A stretch of 64,000 nt of DNA from Candidatus Poribacteria bacterium (GCA_965116925.1 OZ220744.1:3616001-3680000), one strand, 5' to 3'; numbered from the stretch's first letter, positions 16,827 through 27,500 are shown. Made by a program: numbers and translations. The notes: a model not told the origin generated them from the letters alone.

Positions 16827-19283
16827 ATGATCGCTAAACAGATTCCAATCTTAAACGCCGATGCCGATGAACTATCACGCATCAGTCAGGAGGGGTTGCT
16901 TTCGCTGAATCTCGCTGAAATGCAGGCGATCCAAGCTCACTTCGCCAAATTGGAGCGAAATCCCACCGATGTCGAGCTTGAAACTATTGCCCAAACGTGG
17001 TCAGAGCATTGTGTTCACAAAACATTTAAGAGCATGATTGAGTATGCGGAAAAAGGGCGAGAGACGGAGATGATTGATGGACTGTTCAAGACGTATATCC
17101 AGCGGGCGACACAGGAGATTGGGGCGGAGTGGTGTGTCTCCGTTTTCATCGACAATGCGGGCATCATTGAGTTTGATGATAATTACAATATCGTTTTCAA
17201 AGTCGAAACGCACAATCACCCCTCCGCAATCGAGCCGTATGGCGGCGCAGGCACAGGAATCGGTGGCGTGATTCGGGATTCGCTCGGTACGGGGTTGGGT
17301 GCGAAGCCTATTCTCAACACGGATGTTTTCTGTTTCGGCCTCCCCGATCTTAGCTATGACGAACTCCCCAAAGGCGCGCTCCATCCAAAACGGATCTTCA
17401 AAGGCGTTGTCTCGGGTGTACGGGACTACGGCAATCGTATGGGGATTCCGACGGCGAATGGGGCTATCCTATTTGACCCACGCTATACGGGGAATCCGCT
17501 CGTCTATTGTGGCAACGTCGGTCTGATCCCCAAGGATCGGTGTGATAAAACGGTGGAACCTGGTGATCTGGTCGTTGCTGTCGGCGGACGCACCGGACGG
17601 GATGGGATTCATGGGGCGACGTTCTCCTCTCTGGAGTTGGACGACACCTCCGAAAGCCTCGGCAGCGTCGTGCAGATCGGCAACCCGATTATGGAGAAGA
17701 AAATCGTCGATGCCCTGATGGGTGCCCGGGATCGGCAGCTTTATCGCAATATCACGGATTGCGGTGCCGGTGGATTTTCCTCTGCCGTTGGGGAGATGGG
17801 CCAGGAGATAGGTGCGGAGGTGCATCTGGAAAACATACCGCTCAAATATACAGTCCTTGATCCGTGGGAGATCTGGTTGTCCGAGGCGCAGGAAAGAATG
17901 GTAATTGCCGTACCGCCTGAGAATATAGAAGAATTGATGGCGATCTGTGAATCAGAATCGGTTGAAGCGACTGTACTCGGTACATTCACCGATACCCACA
18001 GGCTGCGCGTTTTCTACCGGGGAGAGGTTGTAGGAGACCTTGACATGGATTTCCTCCACAACGGCTTGCCTCGCCATACGAAAAAGGCGGTCTGGGATCC
18101 GCCGCAACACCCTGAACCTGAACCGGGTCAAATCGGTTCACCCCCACTCACCGAAGACCTCTGTCGTATCCTCGCAAGCCCCAATGTAGCGAGCAAGGAG
18201 TGGGTTATCCGGCAATACGACCATGAGGTTCAGGGCGGGTTGGTTCTCAAGCCGCTCGTTGGGCGCGAGAATGACGGTCCCGGCGACGCTTGCATCACAA
18301 CGCCTGTTCTCGGCTCCCGAAAAGGGGTCGTTGTGGCTAACGGGATCAATCCGAAGTATGGGGACATTGATCCGTACCACAGCGCAGCAGCGGCGATTGA
18401 TGAAGCGTTGCGAAATATCATCGCTGTGGGTGGGAATTTGGAGCAGACTGCGCTGCTTGATAACTTCAGTTGGGGCAATCCCGACAAACATGACCGTCTC
18501 GGTGGCTTGGTGCGTTCAGCGCGGGCGTGTTACGACATCGCTGTTGCGTATGGCACCCCCTTCATTTCTGGTAAGGATAGCCTCTACAACGAATACCGTG
18601 ACACCACCACCGGCGAGCAGCTTGCGATTCCGCCGACCCTGCTTATCTCTGCGATCTGCGTGATGCCGGATGTGAGCAAGGCGGTGTCGATGGACGTGAA
18701 ATCGCCCGGCAACCGAGTCTATGTCATTGGTAAGACCTATGCTGAACTTGGTGGTTCGCACTACTACGCGGTTCACGGTTTCATCGGAAACGTTGCCCCG
18801 AAGGTACGACCCGCTGAGGGGAAGCGAACGATGGAGGCGTTGAGTCTTGCGATTGATCAGGGGCTTGTGCGCTCCTGCCACGATTGCTCCGAAGGTGGTA
18901 TTGGTGTGGCTGCGGCGGAGATGGCGTTTGCCGGTGGGTTTGGTATGCACCTTTCGCTTACAGACCTACCCCGCGACCCCGATGTTACATCGGATGATGC
19001 GTTACTTTTCTCAGAGTCGAACAGTCGATTCATCGTGGAAGTCGCGCCGGAGAAACAGGAAGCGTTTGAGAGGTGTATGGCAGGTGTCCATCCCGTGATG
19101 GCAGGGTTGTCACCGCAAGTGAAGGAAGCGTTTGAGAAGGGTATAGCGGGTGTCCCGATTGGCTGCATCGGCACCGTGGTTGAGGGTGTGGATTTTGTTG
19201 TCAACGGCACCGATGGGAGCACGATTGTGGAGACGACAATAGATCGGCTCAAGGAGAATTGGCAGGGAACGTTTCGATGGTAA
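16827..19283 (+). CDS. purL: Phosphoribosylformylglycinamidine synthase subunit PurL
   Basis: WSEHCVHK, KVETHNHPSAIEPYGGAGTG, DCGAGG, SEAQERM and ISGKDS motifs. Confidence 0.97.
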   Translation: MIAKQIPILNADADELSRISQEGLLSLNLAEMQAIQAHFAKLERNPTDVELETIAQTWSEHCVHKTFKSMIEYAEKGRETEMIDGLFKTYIQRATQEIGAEWCVSVFIDNAGIIEFDDNYNIVFKVETHNHPSAIEPYGGAGTGIGGVIRDSLGTGLGAKPILNTDVFCFGLPDLSYDELPKGALHPKRIFKGVVSGVRDYGNRMGIPTANGAILFDPRYTGNPLVYCGNVGLIPKDRCDKTVEPGDLVVAVGGRTGRDGIHGATFSSLELDDTSESLGSVVQIGNPIMEKKIVDALMGARDRQLYRNITDCGAGGFSSAVGEMGQEIGAEVHLENIPLKYTVLDPWEIWLSEAQERMVIAVPPENIEELMAICESESVEATVLGTFTDTHRLRVFYRGEVVGDLDMDFLHNGLPRHTKKAVWDPPQHPEPEPGQIGSPPLTEDLCRILASPNVASKEWVIRQYDHEVQGGLVLKPLVGRENDGPGDACITTPVLGSRKGVVVANGINPKYGDIDPYHSAAAAIDEALRNIIAVGGNLEQTALLDNFSWGNPDKHDRLGGLVRSARACYDIAVAYGTPFISGKDSLYNEYRDTTTGEQLAIPPTLLISAICVMPDVSKAVSMDVKSPGNRVYVIGKTYAELGGSHYYAVHGFIGNVAPKVRPAEGKRTMEALSLAIDQGLVRSCHDCSEGGIGVAAAEMAFAGGFGMHLSLTDLPRDPDVTSDDALLFSESNSRFIVEVAPEKQEAFERCMAGVHPVMAGLSPQVKEAFEKGIAGVPIGCIGTVVEGVDFVVNGTDGSTIVETTIDRLKENWQGTFRW

Positions 19284-19324
19284 AATCCCTTGGCTTAAGG
19301 TCTTTAGTATAGGAGAGAATTGAG

Positions 19325-20104
19325 ATGAAACCGAAGGTCCTTATCCTTCGCACCGCAGGCACGAACTGCGACTATGAAACAGATCACGCCTTTCAACTTG
19401 TAGGTGGGGAAACATCACTGGTTCACGTCAACCAACTGATTGCCGGTGAGGTTGACCTCATGGATTATCAGATTATAGCGATTCCGGGCGGTTTCTCTTA
19501 CGGTGACGATGTTGCCGCCGGCACCTTGTTAGCAAACGAGATGCGATACAAACTTGCCGATTCGCTCGCCACTTATGTCGAATCGGGACGCTTGATGATT
19601 GGTATCTGCAATGGGTTTCAGGTGCTTGTGCGTGCTGGGTTGCTCCCCCGCCTCGATTTGCGGCAGGGGCAACAGATGACCCTTGCCATGAATACCTCTG
19701 CAAAGTTTGAATGCCGTTGGATTCAGTTGGAAACTCAAGAGAGTAACTGTATCTTCACGCGAGGGTTGAAGTCTCGTATTTATCTGCCTGTCGCTCATGC
19801 GGAGGGACGGTTCACCGCACCGCAACCGATACTGGATCAGATTGAAGCCGATGGCCAGGTGGTGTTTCGATACGCCTCAAGCAATGGGGGGGCACCGGAA
19901 TATCCTGATAATCCAAATGGTTCCGATCGCCACATCGCTGGAATCTGTGATCCCACTGGCAGGATTTTCGGGATGATGCCTCACCCGGAACGATTCCTAA
20001 CACGCCTCAACCATCCCCGTTGGACACGAGAAAATCTGCCTGAAGAAGGAGATGGACTAGCAATTTTTCAAAATGCTGTCGATTACGTGTCAGGACTTTC
20101 TTGA
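19325..20104 (+). CDS. purQ: FGAM synthase glutaminase subunit PurQ
   Basis: GTNCD, PGGFSYGD, GICNGFQ, AHAEG, NPNGS and MMPHPER motifs. Confidence 0.97.
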   Translation: MKPKVLILRTAGTNCDYETDHAFQLVGGETSLVHVNQLIAGEVDLMDYQIIAIPGGFSYGDDVAAGTLLANEMRYKLADSLATYVESGRLMIGICNGFQVLVRAGLLPRLDLRQGQQMTLAMNTSAKFECRWIQLETQESNCIFTRGLKSRIYLPVAHAEGRFTAPQPILDQIEADGQVVFRYASSNGGAPEYPDNPNGSDRHIAGICDPTGRIFGMMPHPERFLTRLNHPRWTRENLPEEGDGLAIFQNAVDYVSGLS

Positions 20105-20154
20105 TTTGTCATCTGGATCATCATTGAATTTTGATTAGAAAAGGACTTTAATCA

Positions 20155-21210
20155 ATGAACCTTCGCCCCTTTTTGCGAGACGATCTCGCGGACCTCACGC
20201 CCTACCATGTTGCTCAACCGCCCCACCGAGTTAAGGCGGATGCGAATGAATCTCCTTTTGACCTACCACCGGAGATTCGACAGGAGTTGACCGAAGCCCT
20301 CGCCCAACTCAATTTTAATCGCTACCCGGATCCAAGTTCGGACCTGCTGCGAACACAACTTTGTGAACGGTTGGGGGTTGATAAGACGGAAATTGTCGTT
20401 GGCAATGGATCTGATGAGTTGATCGGCAATTTTATGTTAGCTTTCGGCAGACCGGAGGCGTGCGTCTCCTTTCCGACCCCAACATTTTCGATGTTTGGGA
20501 TTCTCGCACAAGTTGCGCGGCTTGAAGCGGTCGGATTGCCGCTTAATGACGAGTTTGATCTGGACTCGGAGGCGTGGACAGCTCATCTTGATGCCCACGC
20601 GCTTAACCTTGTATTCCTCTCATATCCCAACAATCCGACAGGCACCAATTTCTCGGCAGCAGTGATTCACGAGATGCTTTCCCGTCCTGATACGCTTGTG
20701 CTCCTCGATGAAGCGTATTACGAGTTTTCCGGGCAGTCTCTTATGGAAGATCGGGAGCGTCACCCCAATCTAGTCATCACCCGCACCTTCTCCAAGGCGT
20801 ATGGACTTGCGGGCTTACGGGTCGGCTACGTCGTTGCACATCCAGAGGTCGTCGATGAGCTGAACAAGGTTCGCCTGCCGTATAATCTCAACCGTTTTTC
20901 ACAGATTGCTGCAACGCTTCTGCTCAAACGTCCCGAACGATTGGTTCAACATCTGCGGCTAATTCGGGGCGAGCGAGAACGGGTTTTCAACGCGCTGAAA
21001 GCGATAGAGGGCATCCACCCATTCCCAACGGATGCGAACTTCGTCCTCTTTCGGACAGATCAATCTTGCCATGAAGTGTTTCAACGTTTGCTCGATCACG
21101 GTGTGCTTGTCCGCAACCTCGATCGTCCGGGACCGTTGCAAAACTGTTTACGAGTAACAATCGGCACACCGGAAGATAATGAAATGTTCCTTGAAGGTTT
21201 GCGGAGTTGA
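20155..21210 (+). CDS. hisC: Histidinol-phosphate aminotransferase
   Basis: NESP, NRYPD, GNGSDE, PNNPTG, DEAYYEF and RTFSKAYGLAGLRVGY motifs. Confidence 0.95.
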   Translation: MNLRPFLRDDLADLTPYHVAQPPHRVKADANESPFDLPPEIRQELTEALAQLNFNRYPDPSSDLLRTQLCERLGVDKTEIVVGNGSDELIGNFMLAFGRPEACVSFPTPTFSMFGILAQVARLEAVGLPLNDEFDLDSEAWTAHLDAHALNLVFLSYPNNPTGTNFSAAVIHEMLSRPDTLVLLDEAYYEFSGQSLMEDRERHPNLVITRTFSKAYGLAGLRVGYVVAHPEVVDELNKVRLPYNLNRFSQIAATLLLKRPERLVQHLRLIRGERERVFNALKAIEGIHPFPTDANFVLFRTDQSCHEVFQRLLDHGVLVRNLDRPGPLQNCLRVTIGTPEDNEMFLEGLRS

Positions 21211-21291
21211 GGTAAAAGGAATACCGGGCCGAGGAAACGGACAACTCGATTTATTGTGTTTGGGGCGGTGCCTGTCCCAGAAGGAAGTCCA

Positions 21292-21762
21292 GTGAATAGT
21301 CCCCCCAGAAAAACAGCTAAACATGAGCCCAACAAACTGCGTCGCCGCTTGCTGCCGCTCTACATGAGACCCTTCATCTTGATTGCTTTCATGGTAACTT
21401 CGTTGGTAGGACAGCTTACATGGACGACGGCTATGGCAATAGCTGAAGCCGTAGATGCACGATGGTGCGGTGTTGGTTTTGCCCTTGGGATTGTTCTTGG
21501 TTACATTCAAGGGGGTTGGATATCGCGGATGTGGGCGCGTGATTATTTGCGCGTGCTGAAACGCGAAATTACATTTTGGGAGGCGAGGGGTGCTACGGGG
21601 ACAACTGTTTTCGTAATTCTTGCGCTGGGTATTCCGATTGTGGTCGGATTGTCTTTGAGGCATGCACATCATATGTTGGTGGGGATTCAATCGTATATCT
21701 TTGGCTTTATTGGTGGGATGAATTTTGCGCTCTACCTATGGGTGCGGCGTTTGCCTAAGTAA
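21292..21762 (+). CDS. Hypothetical membrane protein (~4 TM)
   Basis: Four hydrophobic segments; start codon uncertain. Confidence 0.65.
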   Translation: MNSPPRKTAKHEPNKLRRRLLPLYMRPFILIAFMVTSLVGQLTWTTAMAIAEAVDARWCGVGFALGIVLGYIQGGWISRMWARDYLRVLKREITFWEARGATGTTVFVILALGIPIVVGLSLRHAHHMLVGIQSYIFGFIGGMNFALYLWVRRLPK

Positions 21763-21809
21763 CACAAATTAGTATTAGTTCATTAAGCTGGCGGATTTGA
21801 TGCCTTGAT

Positions 21810-21866
21810 GGGCGGGGAAACCCCGCCCCTACTAGCTTTGGTGGACGGCACGCGGAGCGTGCCTAC
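21810..21866 (-). repeat. Two GTAG-type REP hairpins between convergent genes
   Basis: Reverse complements read GTAGGGGCGGGGTTTCCCCGCCC and GTAGGCACGCTCCGCGTGCCG. Confidence 0.75.
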
Positions 21867-21868
21867 TA

Positions 21869-23131
21869 CTATTTGACTCCGTAAACTTTTGCGGGATTGT
21901 CGTGGAAGGCGGCTTGCGCGACGTCAAGGGCGACGGATTCTGAAATCGATCCTTCCTGCATCATTTCTGCAAGCGTGACCGCGAAATTTTGGCGTGCCAT
22001 TTTGATGTGTCCATAGACTGCTTCGACATGCTGGAGGTCGTCGCCGAAAGCGATGATTTTGTTATAGGGCACCATCTGAAGCCACTCCCTCAAATCGAGC
22101 CGTGAACCGATCGGCGAGATAATATGGATCCAAGACATGTTCAGGTAGACATTGCTGAACGCCTTGCCGAGCACGGCACCTTCTCGAAGGTAGGGATAAC
22201 CGGCGTGAGAGAGATCGAAACGTGCGTCTCGGAAGGTCTGAAACAGTTCGGCGAGCGGCGCGGGGGTGCACCCTTCCATGCTTCCGTAATTTCCAGCCCG
22301 TATGCCCTGATGGAACTGGACAGTCAGATCAGCATCGGAGGCGGCACGACAGCATTCAAAAACGAGGTAGTCTTCCAAGAGGATACCTTCTTCGGAATCT
22401 AGCCCAGCGTACTTCCCGCACATCAATCCATCAAAGACCTTTGCAGCATCTTCCTTCTGGCGTGTCGTGAAATCCATACGGCGATGGTAGGACTGCGACA
22501 TCTTTACCCCTGCGACGGTTGCCCGCTTCCAATCCCGACATACCTGCCGAATGACTTCGACGTGTTGGGCGAGATTCGTGATGGCAACGTCGTAGTCTTT
22601 TTCAATAGCTTGGACTTGGTCGGCGGAGTGAAGCATACTGAAGCGGTTCAAGCGTGGCAGTGGTAGGAACAGCGTTCGATCCACTTCGATGAGGTCTTCC
22701 ATGTTGACCACTGAGAGCGCGATATTCGATCGTCGCTGCAGCACGTCGTGATAAAACCCCGGCTTACTGCGCTCGCGGAGGGCATCTGAAATGGGTTCGA
22801 CTGTCTCGGCGGTCAAGTCTGGGAATCCGAGTAGATCTCGGAAGCCTTCAATGATGCACTGCGAAAATCCAGTCAGACGGGTGTATCGGAAATACGGCTC
22901 GAAAATCTTCCAGCGTTCTGCAAGTGGAAGTCCCGGCTCCAGTGCTAATTTCATTTGATCAGGGGACATCCCTGCCGAGACCAAATCGGAGGCGGGGTAG
23001 GGATGTTTGAAGAAAGCGAGGGCGTCGGGTGCTTCTGCGATCCGGTCTATCTCAGGACTGATGTGGGAGTGGGAGTTAATACACGGAATTTTTGAGATTT
23101 CATCAAACAGTTCTGTCGAAAGGGTATCCAT
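21869..23131 (-). CDS. Amidohydrolase superfamily protein (uronate isomerase-like/Amidohydro_2)
   Basis: INSHSH, VQFHQG, FDLSHAGYP, NVYLN, KIIAFGDD and NPAKVY motifs. Confidence 0.85.
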   Translation of the reverse strand: MDTLSTELFDEISKIPCINSHSHISPEIDRIAEAPDALAFFKHPYPASDLVSAGMSPDQMKLALEPGLPLAERWKIFEPYFRYTRLTGFSQCIIEGFRDLLGFPDLTAETVEPISDALRERSKPGFYHDVLQRRSNIALSVVNMEDLIEVDRTLFLPLPRLNRFSMLHSADQVQAIEKDYDVAITNLAQHVEVIRQVCRDWKRATVAGVKMSQSYHRRMDFTTRQKEDAAKVFDGLMCGKYAGLDSEEGILLEDYLVFECCRAASDADLTVQFHQGIRAGNYGSMEGCTPAPLAELFQTFRDARFDLSHAGYPYLREGAVLGKAFSNVYLNMSWIHIISPIGSRLDLREWLQMVPYNKIIAFGDDLQHVEAVYGHIKMARQNFAVTLAEMMQEGSISESVALDVAQAAFHDNPAKVYGVK

Positions 23132-23309
23132 TGAGAGTGCCTCCTCATTGGTTCATTAGTGCATTAGTTCATTGGTGCATTGGATTGACAAACGCTATCT
23201 ATTTTCTATTTTGGCACAAAAGCGTTGTAAATTCAAGTGGGGATAGAAATAATCCAAATCGCTAGCTATCATCCTGATAAATAACGTGAGGCGTGAGGTA
23301 TGGGTACAG

Positions 23310-24044
23310 ATGAGTGATTCATATCTTTTAATCTTTTCCATTCTATTTGTTTCGACTTTTATACATTCGACCCTTGGCTTTGGTCAGGCGTTGATCGCTA
23401 TGCCTCTGTTAGCGATGGCTGTTGAACTAAAGACCGCTACGCCGTTGGTGGCGTTTGTCCTAATGACGATTGCAGCTATTATTCTGTTGCGGAATTGGCG
23501 TGTTGCGGATCTGAACGCGGTGTGGCGGTTGGTGCTGTCGTCATGCTTTGGTATACCTGTGGGGCTTTTTCTGTTGAAAGGCGTTCCGGAAGGATTGATG
23601 AAAGTATTTCTAGGAACAGTGGTCATCCTGTTCAGTCTCTATAATCTGGTGAATCGGCATCTGAAGATAATCGATCGGCACCGGGTGAACGGTGGCTCCG
23701 GACTTGCTTATCTCTTTGGGTTTGTTGCTGGAGTTCTCGGCGCGGCTTATAACACCAGCGGGGTGGTAATCACGATTTATGCGACACTTCGTGATTGGTC
23801 GCCGGATCGTTTCCGATCCACATTGCAGAGTTATTTTGTGTTTACCGGTCTTCTAATCTTGGCGAGTCACGGATTGGCTGGCTTATGGACGCCTTATGTG
23901 TTCAGGCTGTACGGGACTTCTCTGCCACTAATTTTGGTAGGGATATTCCTCGGCGGCAAATTGAGCAGACTAATCCCTCAAGGGCAGTTTGATGGGTATG
24001 TCAATGTGGGGTTGCTTATTATGGGGCTCTTGTTATTCCGTTGA
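23310..24044 (+). CDS. Sulfite exporter TauE/SafE family protein
   Basis: LGFGQALIAMPLL and GFVAGVLGAAYNTSG; about 8 TM. Confidence 0.85.
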   Translation: MSDSYLLIFSILFVSTFIHSTLGFGQALIAMPLLAMAVELKTATPLVAFVLMTIAAIILLRNWRVADLNAVWRLVLSSCFGIPVGLFLLKGVPEGLMKVFLGTVVILFSLYNLVNRHLKIIDRHRVNGGSGLAYLFGFVAGVLGAAYNTSGVVITIYATLRDWSPDRFRSTLQSYFVFTGLLILASHGLAGLWTPYVFRLYGTSLPLILVGIFLGGKLSRLIPQGQFDGYVNVGLLIMGLLLFR

Positions 24045-24172
24045 TTGTGTTGGTCCATTAGTTTTTCGTTGTAGAGGCGGTGAAACTTTGGTATGATGTG
24101 ATTTGTTGGATTTATTTTTTGATAAGGAGGTGCGGTGCCTCGGCAGCAAAGGAGGTCTACCGCCGATTTTCG

Positions 24173-24916
24173 ATGAGAAGTAAAATTCGTGAGAAGTTAT
24201 CAGGTGAAGGGGTATCCATTGGATCATGGCTAAATCTCGGATCGCCACAGGCGGCAGAGGTGATGGCGGCTGCCGGGTTTGATTGGCTTGCCGTTGATGC
24301 CGAACATTCACCGGTGGGGATCACAGAGATTGCGAATATGTTCCGATCGATTGAATCGCGTGGGGCGACGCCGATTGTGCGTGTATGGGACCATGCACCG
24401 GAGACCATAGGGCGTGTGTTGGATGCTGGCGCGTTTGGGGTTGTTCCCCCGCATGTCAGCACGCCGGAGCAAGCGGCGCAGATTGCCCAAGCCTGCCGCT
24501 ATCCGCCGCGGGGGAGACGGTCTTCGGGATCCGGTCGAGCGGGAACATGGGGACCTGATTACAAGACGTGGATTGACGATGAGGTGGTGGTCATCCCGCA
24601 GATTGAGGACCGGGAAGGGATTCGGAATGCAGAAGCCATCATGGAGATTGAAGGCGTTGATATTGGCTTTCTCGGTCCCGGCGATCTATCCCTTGAGATG
24701 GGGGTTGCGGCTGGCAGCCCCGAACATGAGGAAGCGATTCAACACTTTCTGGACGCCTGCAACCGGGTTGGCAAACCGTGCGGCATCCCTGTCGGTTCTG
24801 GCGAGGACCTACTGAAACGGAAGGATCAGGGGTTTGTGTTCTTCGACTTGAGCAATGATATGAGTTTCTTGGCTGCCGAAGCAGGTCGGCAGTTGAGAGA
24901 AGCGAGGGAGGAGTGA
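24173..24916 (+). CDS. HpcH/HpaI aldolase family
   Basis: GFDWLAVDAEHSP, LDAGA, RYPPRGRR, QIED and FLGPGDLS motifs. Confidence 0.92.
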   Translation: MRSKIREKLSGEGVSIGSWLNLGSPQAAEVMAAAGFDWLAVDAEHSPVGITEIANMFRSIESRGATPIVRVWDHAPETIGRVLDAGAFGVVPPHVSTPEQAAQIAQACRYPPRGRRSSGSGRAGTWGPDYKTWIDDEVVVIPQIEDREGIRNAEAIMEIEGVDIGFLGPGDLSLEMGVAAGSPEHEEAIQHFLDACNRVGKPCGIPVGSGEDLLKRKDQGFVFFDLSNDMSFLAAEAGRQLREAREE

Positions 24917-24918
24917 AA

Positions 24919-25926
24919 ATGGCGACTAATGATAAGCTCGGTTGGGCACTCATCGGGTGTGGCGGTGCGGGCAATGGTCACGCACGGTATGCTTCGGACA
25001 CACCGGACGTTGAGGTGCGCGGGTTCTGTGATGTCCGATCTGATTCAGCGAAGAATTTTCATGAACAGTACGGCGGCGATTACTATACCACTGATCCGGA
25101 CCGGGTTTTCTCTGATCCATCGGTGGATATTGTCTCAATTGCTACGTCTCACAGTTCCCACGCTGACTTGGCGATTGCCGCTTTCAATGCTGGGAAGCAT
25201 CTATATCTAGAGAAACCGATGGCAATGACAACGGCGGATTGCCTACGCATCTATGAGGCAATGCAATCTGCTAATCGGAAGCTAATGATAAACTTCTCTA
25301 TCCGTTTCTCTGGCGCGGCGCGGGAGATTAAGAAACGGATACGCTCTCCGAAGGTGAGCCATGGTCAGTGTATGATGGGACCGGCAGATCTGAGTCGATG
25401 GCGTTGGCACGCCGAAGAGGGCGGCGGTCCGCTCTATGATGTCGGTGTTCATGCGGTGGATCTGCTCTGTTGGATTCACGACGCGGATCCGGTGGAGGTC
25501 TACGCAACAGGGGGGCAGATTACCCATCCCGATGGGGAGTTAGACAGCCCTGATACGGTGGACACAGCTGCGGCGACTATCCGTTTTGCGAACGATTCGG
25601 TGGCTACCTTTCTGATGAGCGATGCCGGAAGTAACACGGTCATTTCCAAGTGGTTCTTTGAATTCTTTGATGGCGAGCAGTCCGCAGTCTTATATGAGCA
25701 TTTCAGCAAGGTCACTTTTGGCGGCGATGAAACCTTGAAACCCGGACCTATTGAACGGATGCCGTTGTTGGTGGAAGCCATCCGTAACGATACGGATTCT
25801 TATGTTCCAGCGCGGCCCGGTATCGTTTCTACGCTGCTGGTAGAGAAGATTACGGAGTCTATCCACACCGGGCTGCCGCAGAAGGTGGAAATACCATATT
25901 CCGACAAAAAGATGCAGAGGTTTTGA
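24919..25926 (+). CDS. Gfo/Idh/MocA family oxidoreductase
   Basis: LIGCGGAG, GKHLYLEKPMA and GGGPLYDVGVHAVD motifs. Confidence 0.92.
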   Translation: MATNDKLGWALIGCGGAGNGHARYASDTPDVEVRGFCDVRSDSAKNFHEQYGGDYYTTDPDRVFSDPSVDIVSIATSHSSHADLAIAAFNAGKHLYLEKPMAMTTADCLRIYEAMQSANRKLMINFSIRFSGAAREIKKRIRSPKVSHGQCMMGPADLSRWRWHAEEGGGPLYDVGVHAVDLLCWIHDADPVEVYATGGQITHPDGELDSPDTVDTAAATIRFANDSVATFLMSDAGSNTVISKWFFEFFDGEQSAVLYEHFSKVTFGGDETLKPGPIERMPLLVEAIRNDTDSYVPARPGIVSTLLVEKITESIHTGLPQKVEIPYSDKKMQRF

Positions 25927-26159
25927 GTCGTTTTAGAGGAACATCTATATCTCCATCAATGCTTTCTGGAGAAATGCTATCGGGTGCAGAGGTATCGGAC
26001 CGGAGATTCGAGAATTGACCTAAGAGTATCCATCTGGGCAATAAGAAAAGGCTTGGATATGGCTTCCAAGCGATATAGGGATAAGAAAGGATACGTCCCC
26101 AAATCTTAAGAATCCCAAAATCCTGTCAATCCAGATTCAGACAATGAGGAAAACACCGA

Positions 26160-26251
26160 GGCTTACATAAAAAGAAAGTGCAAAGCACGAAGAGAAACCG
26201 AGTTTTTTCTTGAAAACTTGGTTTCTGTTGCACGATTTCTTGACATGAGCC
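26160..26251 (+). mobile_element. MITE family A with perfect 8-bp TSD AACACCGA
   Basis: aacaccga at 26152-26159 and 26252-26259; GGCTTA..TGAGCC ends; central AGAAACCGAG hairpin. Confidence 0.88.
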
Positions 26252-26358
26252 AACACCGAAATCGTAGATAAAATGGAGAAAACAGTTGAGGATGTTCAGG
26301 AGAATATAAAGAAACTGGCTTTTGACTACCAGCAAAAGGAAATGTACAAGAAAATCTT

Positions 26359-26703
26359 ATGAACACTATTGAAACTCATATTGACAAAACCACTATCCAA
26401 GCGATAGCGCAACTGATTGTCGAACGCTTTAATCCAGAGCAAGTCATCCTCTTCGGCAGCCATGCTCGCGGAGAAGTTGGGGACCACAGCGATGTGGATC
26501 TGTTGGTCGTGATGCGCGCTGACGTAAGACAGCCACAACGCGGTAATCCAATTCGTCGGGCTATTGCCGAGCACTTTGTCCTGCCTGTTGATGTCATTAT
26601 CCGTTCCCCGGAAGTCCTCGCCGCACAGCGTGATGATCCGTATTCTTTTATCCACAAGGTGCTGAAAGAAGGAGAAGTGTTGTATGAACGACGTGCGGCC
26701 TGA
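26359..26703 (+). CDS. Minimal nucleotidyltransferase (MNT) antitoxin
   Basis: VILFGSHARG...SDVDLLVV (GSx10DxD). Confidence 0.92.
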   Translation: MNTIETHIDKTTIQAIAQLIVERFNPEQVILFGSHARGEVGDHSDVDLLVVMRADVRQPQRGNPIRRAIAEHFVLPVDVIIRSPEVLAAQRDDPYSFIHKVLKEGEVLYERRAA

Positions 26704-27070
26704 ACGGGCTTGGTTTGAGAGGGCAGATCAAGACTTGGAGATGGCTCGTCGAGCATTGGGACCCGAAAAACCTCTGCCAGGGATGGCTTGCTATCACGCC
26801 CAGCAATGTGCTGAGAAGTACCTAAAGGGTTATCTGATTGCTCAGTCAATATCCTTCCGTTTTGTGCACGACCTCGTTTACCTCACGCAGCTATGTGCGG
26901 CACGAGAATTGGTCTTCGAGGAATTGATGTCAGCTGCAGAAATTTTAGGTGAGTATGGAGTAACAATGCGCTATCCGATGGAAGATTCAGAAGAACCGGA
27001 TATAGAAGCAGCTAGAGAAGCTATTGAGCTCGCTGAACAGGTTATCGCTTTAGTCCGCAGGGTTTCATGA
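26684..27070 (+). CDS. HEPN-domain protein (MNT-HEPN TA partner)
   Basis: ACYHAQQCAEKYLKG, HDL and RYP motifs; overlaps the MNT gene. Confidence 0.92.
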   Translation: MNDVRPERAWFERADQDLEMARRALGPEKPLPGMACYHAQQCAEKYLKGYLIAQSISFRFVHDLVYLTQLCAARELVFEELMSAAEILGEYGVTMRYPMEDSEEPDIEAAREAIELAEQVIALVRRVS

Positions 27071-27104
27071 TGTAACTAACGATTGATTGACCAATGCGCG
27101 ACAA

Positions 27105-27500
27105 TTAACGGCCAAATAGGCGTTTCCAGAAAGACGGCTTTCGATTATCTTCTATCAAGAGGTTATGCTGATCCGTAACCTGTTGGAGCGACCTGTGGGC
27201 AACAGCCAACAGTTGAGAGAGATGCTCTATATGCTGGGTCATGGATTCAATTTGGCTGTCTCGGTTATCTAATAATTCTTGCAAGTGTCTCGTTTTATCC
27301 TGCAAGTGTTCAAGGGCTAGCTGAGTATCCATGTGGGCATTAGGGTTTAGGTAATGTTCAAATATGGCATCAGCTTGAACGTACCATTTCCCGTCTACCT
27401 TTTCGCCGTTTAGCTTGCCTCGCTTGAGCCAGCGTTTGACGCTTTTAGATGAGAGATTCAGTTTTTGAGCGGCTTGATTGACCTTTAGTTTGGCGTCCAT
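27105..27500 (-). CDS. Excisionase-like HTH protein with coiled coil
   Basis: VNQAAQKLNLSSKSVKRWLKRGKL.G.K..GKWYV, coiled coil, C-terminal FWKRLFG. Confidence 0.75.
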   Translation of the reverse strand: MDAKLKVNQAAQKLNLSSKSVKRWLKRGKLNGEKVDGKWYVQADAIFEHYLNPNAHMDTQLALEHLQDKTRHLQELLDNRDSQIESMTQHIEHLSQLLAVAHRSLQQVTDQHNLLIEDNRKPSFWKRLFGR

